Assembly: GCA_934098385.1 (NCBI GenBank)
Contig: CAKOOJ010000001.1
Coordinates: forward strand, 13,717-77,716
Length of the DNA: 64,000 nt
Direction: 5' to 3'
Source: an uncultured Bacilli bacterium
Lineage (GTDB): Bacteria; Bacillota_I; Bacilli_A; RF39; UBA660
Shown: piece by piece, positions 22,112-30,174 of the stretch
Layout: each line of letters starts with the position of its first letter
Numbering within the stretch: position 1 is the stretch's first letter
Made by a program: the position numbers and the translations under genes
Notes under the pieces: generated by a model
What the model saw: only the letters and a program-made list of their open reading frames with translations
What the model was told of the DNA's origin: nothing
Databases searched by the model: none

Positions 22112-22972
22112 TTACTCCCCTATATATTTTAATACTTCATTTATTGTATTATTAAAGTCATTAAAATCTACATTAAACCATTTAACATTCATTTGATTAT
22201 TAAACCAAGTATATTGTCTTTTAGCATAATGTCTACTTCTTTTCTTTATTAATTCTATAGCACTATCTAAACTAATTTTACCATCATAATAATCATATAA
22301 TTCTTTATATCCTATACCAGTCATTATAGCTTTACTTCTAATATTCTTATCATAAAATGATTTAACTTCTTCTAATAAACCATCTTTTATCATAATATCT
22401 ACTCTTTTATTAATTCTATCATATAATATTTCTCTATTAGTAGTTAAACCAATAAACTTAACATCATATAATAATTTATCTTTATCTTTAATAGTTTCTT
22501 TTTTATTTAAAAATCTTATTAATCTTTTCCTATTATTTATATGTATATCACTATTTTTATCTTTTTTTAATACTAATTTATATAATTCTTCATTTGTCAA
22601 ATTATCATAATTATTATTAATATTATTTTCAGTTTCAAATACATAGTTATATAGTCCTGCTTTTATATATAATCCAGTACCACCTACTATGATTATATTT
22701 TTATCTTTATTATTATCTAGTATATTTCTTAAATCTTTTTGATAATCGTATACTGTATACATTTCATTAACATCTTTAATATCAAATAATTTATGTTCTA
22801 TACCTTTTTTTTCTTCTTCTGTTACTTTTGCAGTACCAATATCTAATCCTTTATATATTTGCATAGAATCTGCATTTACTATTATACCATTATAATGTTT
22901 AGCAAGTGCTATACTTAATTTTGTTTTTCCAACTCCAGTTGGACCAAGAACACATAATATCACATTAATCAC
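22112..22972 (-). CDS. miaA: tRNA dimethylallyltransferase.
   Basis: GPTGVGKT P-loop, NADSMQIYKGLDIGTAK, and C-terminal RQYTWF. Confidence 0.95.
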   Translation of the reverse strand: MINVILCVLGPTGVGKTKLSIALAKHYNGIIVNADSMQIYKGLDIGTAKVTEEEKKGIEHKLFDIKDVNEMYTVYDYQKDLRNILDNNKDKNIIIVGGTGLYIKAGLYNYVFETENNINNNYDNLTNEELYKLVLKKDKNSDIHINNRKRLIRFLNKKETIKDKDKLLYDVKFIGLTTNREILYDRINKRVDIMIKDGLLEEVKSFYDKNIRSKAIMTGIGYKELYDYYDGKISLDSAIELIKKRSRHYAKRQYTWFNNQMNVKWFNVDFNDFNNTINEVLKYIGE

Positions 22973-23021
22973 CTAAAACATATTTTATAAAATAAATTAA
23001 TTTTTATCAAGAAAAAAAGAA

Positions 23022-25238
23022 TTATAGAATAATATATTTTATATTACTCGGTTCTATTACAGTATTAACTTTAACAGATCCATTTAAATTTATATTATTT
23101 AATAATTCTTTAGTATCAATATTTTCTTCTATTTCTTCATCTAATATATAATATATAGTTGCTCCAACTTCTAACTTACCAGTAGAACTTATATATTCTG
23201 TTTTTATCTCTTCACCATTATAGCTTTCTATAACACCAATTTTTCTAATCAACTTACCTTTTCTTACATCAATATAATCAGCTACATCATTAACCTTTCT
23301 TAACGGTTCATTCAAATATAAAGCCACTCCATCATTAACTTCTTCTCCAAGTACAAATTCTCCTTCTCCACTATTTGTATAAAATTTATTTTCTACTTTA
23401 TCATACAATCCTTTTACACCATCACTATTTCTATAACACGGTACAAAATTTCTTACCAACTCACGATTATCATAAAATTTACAACTATATATCTTAGCTG
23501 CACTGGCATTAGCGAAAGTTCCAGATGTATTTCTCCCAAATAAATATATAGGTAATTGAGATGTTATTATCTTATTATCAAAAGTAATTTTAGTAACACC
23601 ATTAGATTTGAGTTGCTTTTTATCCATTTCAACAGTATTTTTACTATTTAACGTATTAATGTTAGAAGTAGCACTTTTTTCTGCAGCACCAAAGCCAGCA
23701 TACATTTGATTAATAGCATTTGTTGTAAAAGAGAATTGATCAACAGATGTGTAACTTGTTCTACTCCCCAAAATATTATACCAAGTGGTAGCATTCGTAC
23801 CTCTTTGCCAAGAGGTAAAACTAAAAGTAATCACCGCTTTAGTTTCTGTATTTGGTATATATTCTGTATTAATCCATTGTATTCCAGTACTTTCTAAATA
23901 TTTTACCTCTTGATATTCTACTGGTACTTTTGTAACTATAACTGGTATTTTATATTTTCCATAGTTTACATTATTAGTATCTTTTACAAATTCTCCAACA
24001 CCTTTTATATCTAGTTTATTTACATCTGCACCTTTTATAAAATTACCAGTTCCACCGTTTGTATAGAATTTATTTTCTACTTTATCATATAATCCTATAA
24101 CACCATCGCTTTTTCTATAACATGGTACAAAATTTCTTACTAATTTATCATTATCATATATTTTTGTAAAATATATTTTAGCATGACTTATATAAGTTTT
24201 TGCAACTCCATTAGTACCATATGTTGCAACTAACAAGTGCAGTGGATATTGTATATTTAAATTTGAATTATCTACAGCATCTTTAGAAGTATGAATTAAA
24301 TCTCCATCTATTGTAAGCTTTTTTTCTTTACCATCAACTATATATAAATTACGTGTCCCAATAGTAGGAAAAAACTTTTTACTTTCTACTCTATTTGCTT
24401 TATTAATATCACCGGAATTGAAAACTATATTTGAGCCATCTGTAGTATTTAATTTAATCAAATCAAATCTATTAAATGCGTCATTATTATTATTCCTAGT
24501 CCCCATTAAAAACACATAATTTGTACTTATACTAGTAAATTCTGCTTCCATTTCTACTTTTGTCTTAGAATTTGGTATATATTCCGTATTAATCCATTGT
24601 GTTCCAGTACCTTCTATATATTCTACTTCTTGATATTCACTAGAAAAAGTTTCTAACTTGTTATTACCATATATTTTAAAAGTAGATAAATAATTTTCTT
24701 CATTTTTTAAATTAACTTTAGCGCTTACTAATTTGTTCATATCTATACTTTGATCTATATTAGTTTCATCATAAGATATTTTTAAAGTATATGTTTGAAC
24801 CTCATTAACTTTTATAGAATTATTAATAACAATACTATCTTGCTTTGGGAAAGTATTAGTTGTTCCGTTACAATCGCCCATATTACTTGAACAAGATAAA
24901 TTATATTTTAAATCTTCATATTTATTTAATTCATTAGTAACATCTTCTAGTATAACTTCATATTTATCAACATTATTTTTTCCAGTATTAGTAACTGTAA
25001 ATGTTTTTTCAGGTATATTATCACCAGGTTCAATATTATTCAACTGTATTAAACCATTCCCATCACCATACGTTATTTCTAACTTACCAGCAGTTACATT
25101 AGCACTTTTATCGTCTTCGTTTCCTTTTGCTTTCGTAGTAAAATATGCATATGTTATTCCAAATAATGCCATTATTAAAATTAAAATAGATATCAAACTA
25201 ATTATAATTCTTTTTTTTACATGATCCATACCTTGCAT
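23022..25238 (-). CDS. Secreted or surface protein with a SipW/TasA-type signal peptide and two tandem modules of about 230-240 aa.
   Basis: N-terminus ...LFGITYAYFTTKAKGN....AGKLEI resembles TasA/CalY signals (GGTFAYFSD...GTLDL). Both modules start EYQEV(E/K)Y(I/L)E(G/S)TG(T/I)QWINTEYIPN and end LVRNFVPCYR.SDGV.GLYDKVENKFYTN.G.G.F..G. Confidence 0.6.
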   Translation of the reverse strand: MQGMDHVKKRIIISLISILILIMALFGITYAYFTTKAKGNEDDKSANVTAGKLEITYGDGNGLIQLNNIEPGDNIPEKTFTVTNTGKNNVDKYEVILEDVTNELNKYEDLKYNLSCSSNMGDCNGTTNTFPKQDSIVINNSIKVNEVQTYTLKISYDETNIDQSIDMNKLVSAKVNLKNEENYLSTFKIYGNNKLETFSSEYQEVEYIEGTGTQWINTEYIPNSKTKVEMEAEFTSISTNYVFLMGTRNNNNDAFNRFDLIKLNTTDGSNIVFNSGDINKANRVESKKFFPTIGTRNLYIVDGKEKKLTIDGDLIHTSKDAVDNSNLNIQYPLHLLVATYGTNGVAKTYISHAKIYFTKIYDNDKLVRNFVPCYRKSDGVIGLYDKVENKFYTNGGTGNFIKGADVNKLDIKGVGEFVKDTNNVNYGKYKIPVIVTKVPVEYQEVKYLESTGIQWINTEYIPNTETKAVITFSFTSWQRGTNATTWYNILGSRTSYTSVDQFSFTTNAINQMYAGFGAAEKSATSNINTLNSKNTVEMDKKQLKSNGVTKITFDNKIITSQLPIYLFGRNTSGTFANASAAKIYSCKFYDNRELVRNFVPCYRNSDGVKGLYDKVENKFYTNSGEGEFVLGEEVNDGVALYLNEPLRKVNDVADYIDVRKGKLIRKIGVIESYNGEEIKTEYISSTGKLEVGATIYYILDEEIEENIDTKELLNNINLNGSVKVNTVIEPSNIKYIIL
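23345..24640. repeat. Intragenic tandem duplication (two modules, offset about 684-720 nt).
   Basis: Near-identical DNA blocks at 24569-24640 vs 23849-23920 and at about 24057-24165 vs 23373-23480. The middle of each module has diverged. Confidence 0.8.
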
Positions 25239-25308
25239 ATGCTTTCCTACTTTCTTATATAATTTTATAATAAAATAAAAATTTTTTCAATAAATTTTAA
25301 TAAAAAAA

Positions 25309-25337
25309 TTGACAAATGATTATACTTATAGTAAAAT
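25309..25337 (+). promoter_or_regulatory. Candidate sigma-A promoter of tRNA-Ser.
   Basis: TTGACA (25309-25314), 17-nt spacer, TAAAAT (25332-25337), about 15 nt before the tRNA 5' end. Confidence 0.5.
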
Positions 25338-25352
25338 TTATTTATCGGGCAT

Positions 25353-25443
25353 GGAGTAGTACTCAAGAGGCTGAAGAGGCGCCCCTGCTAAGGGTGTAGG
25401 TCGGGCAACTGGCGCGAGAGTTCAAATCTCTCCTACTCCGCCA
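25353..25443 (+). tRNA. tRNA-Ser (anticodon GCU), type II with a long variable arm and encoded CCA.
   Basis: Hand-folded cloverleaf: acceptor GGAGTAG/CTACTCC, anticodon stem CGCCC/GGGTG with loop CTGCTAA, 19-nt variable arm, T-arm GAGAG-TTCAAAT-CTCTC, then G-CCA. Confidence 0.9.
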
Positions 25444-25454
25444 TTAAAAAAATA

Positions 25455-25487
25455 AAAAAGTCTTGATTTTATATCAAGATTTTTTCT
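25455..25487. terminator. Bidirectional hairpin terminator between tRNA-Ser and the convergent 308-aa gene.
   Basis: Stem tcttgat / atcaaga, flanked by an A-run and a T-run. It overlaps the TGA stop at 25474-25476. Confidence 0.6.
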
Positions 25488-26400
25488 TTATATATTTTAG
25501 TATATTTTTATCTTTTAAATACTCTTCTATAGATATTTTAGTATAGTAACCATCTACTAAAACAAATACATTTATATATTTAAATAATGATGTTAAAGAA
25601 GAATTATAGAATATACTATTTAAATTACTTCTAGTAATTAAATAACCTTTCTTTTGATATTCATTATCTTTTTTTAATTGAACTTCATATTTATCATTAT
25701 AATCACTACCATAATATACTTGAATTGAATTAAAACATAATTGTTCTAATAAATTATAAGACTTATAATCTATATCTCTTATTCTATCAATACTAATACT
25801 ATCTATTATAAATATCTTATGTTTAATAACTTCATATCTATCATTATCTTTCTCTTTTAAACTAGTTATATTATCTTTATATTTTAAAAGTAAATCTTCA
25901 TCATCTGTATAAAAATATATATCATTTACTATATTATTGTTTTTTAAATTTAATCTTAATTCATTTATACTTTCTTTCATATTAATTATATTATTTTCAG
26001 TATCTATTTTTAAACCTTTTTTATCATTTTTAACAATAACTATTTTTCCTTTATTTAATTCATCTATACTCATATTATTTAATTCATTAAAATTTATTAA
26101 GTTTATTAAATCATTTTTTATAAGTATATATTTATTTCTACTATTTCTTCTAAATTTCTTTGTATTTAATATATTATATTTATTTTTATCTTTTTCATCA
26201 ATTTCTAACATAAATTCTACATTTTTATTTTTTTCTATAGTTTTAAAATTATCCAATACATTCTTTTTTAAATTACCAAAAGCATATATCGGTATAAAAC
26301 TATATTCTTCTTTATCATTCTTTTTTGCTATTACTATTTTGTCTTCGTTTACATCTATTTTATTTTTTAATATTTGTGTATATGGTATAAAATATTTCAT
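25474..26400 (-). CDS. Hypothetical protein.
   Basis: 308-aa ORF, 12 nt downstream of the ylbL-like gene. I recognise no motif. Confidence 0.5.
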   Translation of the reverse strand: MKYFIPYTQILKNKIDVNEDKIVIAKKNDKEEYSFIPIYAFGNLKKNVLDNFKTIEKNKNVEFMLEIDEKDKNKYNILNTKKFRRNSRNKYILIKNDLINLINFNELNNMSIDELNKGKIVIVKNDKKGLKIDTENNIINMKESINELRLNLKNNNIVNDIYFYTDDEDLLLKYKDNITSLKEKDNDRYEVIKHKIFIIDSISIDRIRDIDYKSYNLLEQLCFNSIQVYYGSDYNDKYEVQLKKDNEYQKKGYLITRSNLNSIFYNSSLTSLFKYINVFVLVDGYYTKISIEEYLKDKNILKYIKKKS

Positions 26401-26412
26401 ATAAAAACCCTC

Positions 26413-27414
26413 CTAATTTTCTAAATACTCTATTCCTTCTTTAAAAGTACTTATACTAACTAATTCTATATCTAATTTATGTTTTTTCTTATATTTTAAT
26501 GCTTCTTCATAATTATCTTTTGGTACTAGCATTATATCCGCACCGTTTTTATAAGCACCAGCAAGTTTATATGTTACGCCTCCTATTTCACCAACGTTAC
26601 CCTCACTATCTATAGTTCCAGTACCTGCAATAACTCTTCCTTTTGTAATGTCTTCTTTAGTAATTGCATTATATATTGCAAGAGCAGTCATAAAACCACC
26701 ACTAGATCCAGACTCACTTGCTTTACTTTTAACTGAAACGTTTACATCACTATCATATTCATTAATAACAGCAGAAGTTAAACCTACTTTAGCTTTTCCA
26801 TCTAAATCTATTAGCTCTGCATAACATTTAATATTTTTACCATTACGTACAACATCAAATGTTATTTTATCTCCAACATTTTTATTAGTAATATATTCTT
26901 GCATTTCACTAAATGTTGTAAATTTTATATTATCATACTTTATAATATTGTCAAATAATTTTAAATCAGTTTTAGCTTTTTCATAAATATAAGTTATATA
27001 ATTATTACTTTTTTTAATAGAATAATCAACACCAGCAGAGTTATATGCAACCATATAAGCATTAGATATACTTTCTAATAAATAATATTTATCTATCTTT
27101 ATAGTTTCATCTATATCTCCATCATAAGTAATATCATCATTATCAACTATATCCCAAGTAGGTATTACTTTAGCCAATAAATAAGTTGGTATTGTTCCCT
27201 TAACTAACCTAACATAAGTCATATTAATACTTCCCTTACTTTTATTAATATCACTTTTACTTTCTATTCTATTATCTAAATTAATTAATCCACCAGGACT
27301 ATATATACTAAAATCTAACTTAAAATTAAATAATAAATATATAAAAACTAATATAAGTATACCTTTATAATTTTCTTTAAAAAACTTTTTTATTTTATCA
27401 AATATCTTTTTCAT
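26413..27414 (-). CDS. YlbL-like S16 (Lon-type) serine protease with TM anchor and PDZ-like domain.
   Basis: N-terminal TM segment, PDZ-like GDKITFDVVRNGK, and a Lon protease domain SGSSGGFMTALAIYNA...GTGTID..G.VGEIGGV..KL.GA. Confidence 0.8.
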   Translation of the reverse strand: MKKIFDKIKKFFKENYKGILILVFIYLLFNFKLDFSIYSPGGLINLDNRIESKSDINKSKGSINMTYVRLVKGTIPTYLLAKVIPTWDIVDNDDITYDGDIDETIKIDKYYLLESISNAYMVAYNSAGVDYSIKKSNNYITYIYEKAKTDLKLFDNIIKYDNIKFTTFSEMQEYITNKNVGDKITFDVVRNGKNIKCYAELIDLDGKAKVGLTSAVINEYDSDVNVSVKSKASESGSSGGFMTALAIYNAITKEDITKGRVIAGTGTIDSEGNVGEIGGVTYKLAGAYKNGADIMLVPKDNYEEALKYKKKHKLDIELVSISTFKEGIEYLEN

Positions 27415-27483
27415 ATCTCATCACCTAACTATTATATCATAATACTCATGAATTTTTTAAGAATTAAATAAATATATTTTATT

Positions 27484-28359
27484 ATGAAAAATAAATTAAC
27501 AAAACTAACAATAATTTTTTTCTTCATACTAATATTTATTAAAAAAGATATAATGTATTACACTATATATAATACTGTTATTTTATGGTTTAAAAATATA
27601 GTACCAAATCTACTTCCTATGTTTATTATAACAAGTCTAATTATAGAATCTAATTTAATTATAAATATTTGTAATATATTTGGTAAATTATTTAATAAAA
27701 TATTTAAGTGTTCTAATTATGGTATATTTATATATTTTTTAAGCTTATTTACGGGTAGTCCATCTAATGCTAAATATATAAATGATTTAGTAAATAATAA
27801 TTTAATATCAAATACTTTATCAGATAAATTGTTACTATTTACTTCTAATTACAATATTTTATTAATATATAGTTTACTTACTTTATATTTAAATAAGTCC
27901 ATATCAATTAAAATAATAAGTATTATAATTATATCTAATATTATAGTAGGTTTAATATTTAGAAATATGAATTATATAGATTTAAAAATAAATTATATTA
28001 AAAGAAAAATAAATATATCTAAAATTATAAAAGATACAATAGATACTTTATTAATGATATTAGGTACTTTAATATTCTTTAATATTATAATTAATCTTTT
28101 ACCAATTAAAAATATGTTATTAAAAAATATATTAAATGGATTTTTAGAAATAACTACTGGATTAAAGGGATTAGAATATTTAGATATAAGTACTAATATT
28201 AAAATATTGTTAAGTACAGTATATTTATCTTTTGGAGGATTATCTATTCATACACAAATAAAAAGTATCTTACCAGATACTAATTATACTTTATTTTTAA
28301 AATCAAAATTGTATGCAGTTATTATTTCAGTTATTCTACTCACCTTTTTTATAATATGA
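27484..28359 (+). CDS. Polytopic membrane protein, YlbJ-like (nucleoside-recognition/Gate domain, sporulation membrane protein family).
   Basis: About 8 TM segments. WFKNIVPNLLPMFIITSLI resembles the YlbJ N-terminus, and it is adjacent to the ylbL-like gene. Confidence 0.45.
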   Translation: MKNKLTKLTIIFFFILIFIKKDIMYYTIYNTVILWFKNIVPNLLPMFIITSLIIESNLIINICNIFGKLFNKIFKCSNYGIFIYFLSLFTGSPSNAKYINDLVNNNLISNTLSDKLLLFTSNYNILLIYSLLTLYLNKSISIKIISIIIISNIIVGLIFRNMNYIDLKINYIKRKINISKIIKDTIDTLLMILGTLIFFNIIINLLPIKNMLLKNILNGFLEITTGLKGLEYLDISTNIKILLSTVYLSFGGLSIHTQIKSILPDTNYTLFLKSKLYAVIISVILLTFFII

Positions 28360-29073
28360 AATTAATATAGAATAATCTTTTCCGTCACTGCCTATTATTG
28401 GAATTTCTATTTTGTTAAATGTAACACCATGTATCAATTCTTTTCCTGTATTATTAGTTACAAACGCACATTTATCATTGCCATTTAACTTACATTCAGT
28501 TGTATAATCAGACGAATTACTATATTTTATTTCAAATCCGGGTTTTATATTTCCGTTTGTATCTACATTATATTTTTCAAATTCTGGAAGCAATCTAGTT
28601 GCTTTCGTATCACCATGAATATATGAAATTACATAAGAGTCTTTATTCTTATAATAATATATTCCTAAGTAAGCCGCTTTGCTATCATCATTGTCAAATG
28701 TAAATTTTATACATTCCCTGGCTAATCTTTTTTTTACAATATTTAAAGTTGTATTGTCGTTTATGTTTTCGTCTTCTTTTATAAAATAATCAGGTATACC
28801 ACTTTCAAACGCTTCTTCATCAGGATAAGTCGTATAAAAAGTATGTATATTGCAAGTGTTTATTTTTAATTCAGTAGTCGCTTTATCTAGATCTTCTTCT
28901 ATATTTTTTAACATTAAAGCTTTATTAATTAAATAGTCAGAATTAATACTTGCTTCATCATTCATATCTTTTACATCAACTAACAAACTAAACAAAAATA
29001 TAAGTACTATAGAAATTAACGCTATAGAAATAATTATTTCAACTAATGTCATACCTTTCTTATTTAGTTCCAT
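28336..29073 (-). CDS. Prepilin-type pseudopilin (third gene of the trio).
   Basis: MELNKKG|MTLVEIIISIALISIV: class III signal with Gly-1 and Glu+5. ATG 29073-29071 overlaps the upstream stop (TAATG); the ORF-track start at 29082 is GTG. Confidence 0.7.
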   Translation of the reverse strand: MELNKKGMTLVEIIISIALISIVLIFLFSLLVDVKDMNDEASINSDYLINKALMLKNIEEDLDKATTELKINTCNIHTFYTTYPDEEAFESGIPDYFIKEDENINDNTTLNIVKKRLARECIKFTFDNDDSKAAYLGIYYYKNKDSYVISYIHGDTKATRLLPEFEKYNVDTNGNIKPGFEIKYSNSSDYTTECKLNGNDKCAFVTNNTGKELIHGVTFNKIEIPIIGSDGKDYSILISYYKKGE

Positions 29074-29666
29074 TAATCCCACTCCAAACTAGATATGTAA
29101 GTTTCGTACAAAATAGGACATTTCCCATTCTCTTTCATAGCATCACTACACATCATCCTAATATCTTCATTATTTGTATCTTTAGCTGGCCTTTTATACT
29201 CAACAATCAATAATTTATCTTGATCTCTAACATCTAACTTTTTTATATAATCTATCATATATGCATCAAAAAGTGATGAATTTTTTTTAGTATCATTCAT
29301 TTTTACATCAAATTTATTTATGTTAGTTAATAAATATATTTTTTCTATATTATATAATTCTTTCATATTTTTTAAATCATCTCTTTTAGATAAATCCTCT
29401 ATATCTTTAGTTTCACACATATTTTCATCTTTTTTACTACTACATAAGTTGCCTACATTAAATGCAATATTTTGATCTTGCATATGATCTTGCATATAAT
29501 CTTTTATATACTTGGTCATATAAATATATTCACTAGTATCATATTTATTTTCAGTGCGTAGTTTTGATAATATTTTATTATATGAAGAAAATATAGTAAG
29601 AAGAGCAACAGATACTACAACAATAACTACTATAGTTTCCATTAATACAAACCCCTTTTTATTCAT
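29073..29666 (-). CDS. Prepilin-type pseudopilin (second gene of the trio).
   Basis: MNKKG|FVLMETIVVIVVVSVALL with Gly-1 and Glu+5. ATGA overlap with the upstream gene at 29663-29666. Confidence 0.7.
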   Translation of the reverse strand: MNKKGFVLMETIVVIVVVSVALLTIFSSYNKILSKLRTENKYDTSEYIYMTKYIKDYMQDHMQDQNIAFNVGNLCSSKKDENMCETKDIEDLSKRDDLKNMKELYNIEKIYLLTNINKFDVKMNDTKKNSSLFDAYMIDYIKKLDVRDQDKLLIVEYKRPAKDTNNEDIRMMCSDAMKENGKCPILYETYISSLEWD

Positions 29667-30067
29667 TGCTTCACCTCACTTATATTAATAAAATCATCAT
29701 TAACAACGTTATCCTTTTTAATTATCAATCTTTTTCCAGTAATATCTAACCTAAGGGCATTACTGCAATCTTCATTACTACTAAGATACAATTCATCTTT
29801 CCTAGTTGCATCTACTTTATATGTAATTGAACAAATATAGTATAATCCGTTAAATTCATTAACATTTTCAACAAAGAATAATTTATCTCCAACTTCAAAA
29901 TCTTGTATACCCATACTATTATTTATATCTTCTTTTATACCTTTTTCTATTGTATTTAATAATACTTTATTTTGTAAATAGTCTGCTATTATAGTTAGAA
30001 AAAGAGTAACAAATATTAGAAAGAAAGAATAAATTAAACTTGTTGCAATAAAACCTTTATTATTCAT
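29663..30067 (-). CDS. Pilin-like protein lacking Glu+5 (first gene of the trio).
   Basis: MNNKG|FIATSLIYSFFLIFVTLFL: a pilin-like hydrophobic N-terminus with no Glu at +5. Confidence 0.5.
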   Translation of the reverse strand: MNNKGFIATSLIYSFFLIFVTLFLTIIADYLQNKVLLNTIEKGIKEDINNSMGIQDFEVGDKLFFVENVNEFNGLYYICSITYKVDATRKDELYLSSNEDCSNALRLDITGKRLIIKKDNVVNDDFINISEVKQ

Positions 30068-30134
30068 ATAATCACTCTACTTTATATAAATAAGTATATA
30101 ATATTTAATTAAATATTACAATAATTATAACAAT

Positions 30135-30163
30135 AAAAAAGTACAGACTAATTAAATCTGTAC
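30135..30163 (-). terminator. Intrinsic terminator after the 616-aa repeat-protein gene.
   Basis: Stem gtacaga (30141-30147) / tctgtac (30157-30163), followed by a U-run in the minus-sense transcript. Confidence 0.65.
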
Positions 30164-30174
30164 AATTTTATTTA

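Noticed and set aside
23345-24640. A possible diversity-generating retroelement (template/variable repeat pair) in the 738-aa gene.
   Set aside because: No reverse transcriptase or accessory gene is present in the window. Both copies are coding and in tandem. The mismatches between copies are mixed transitions and transversions rather than adenine-specific.
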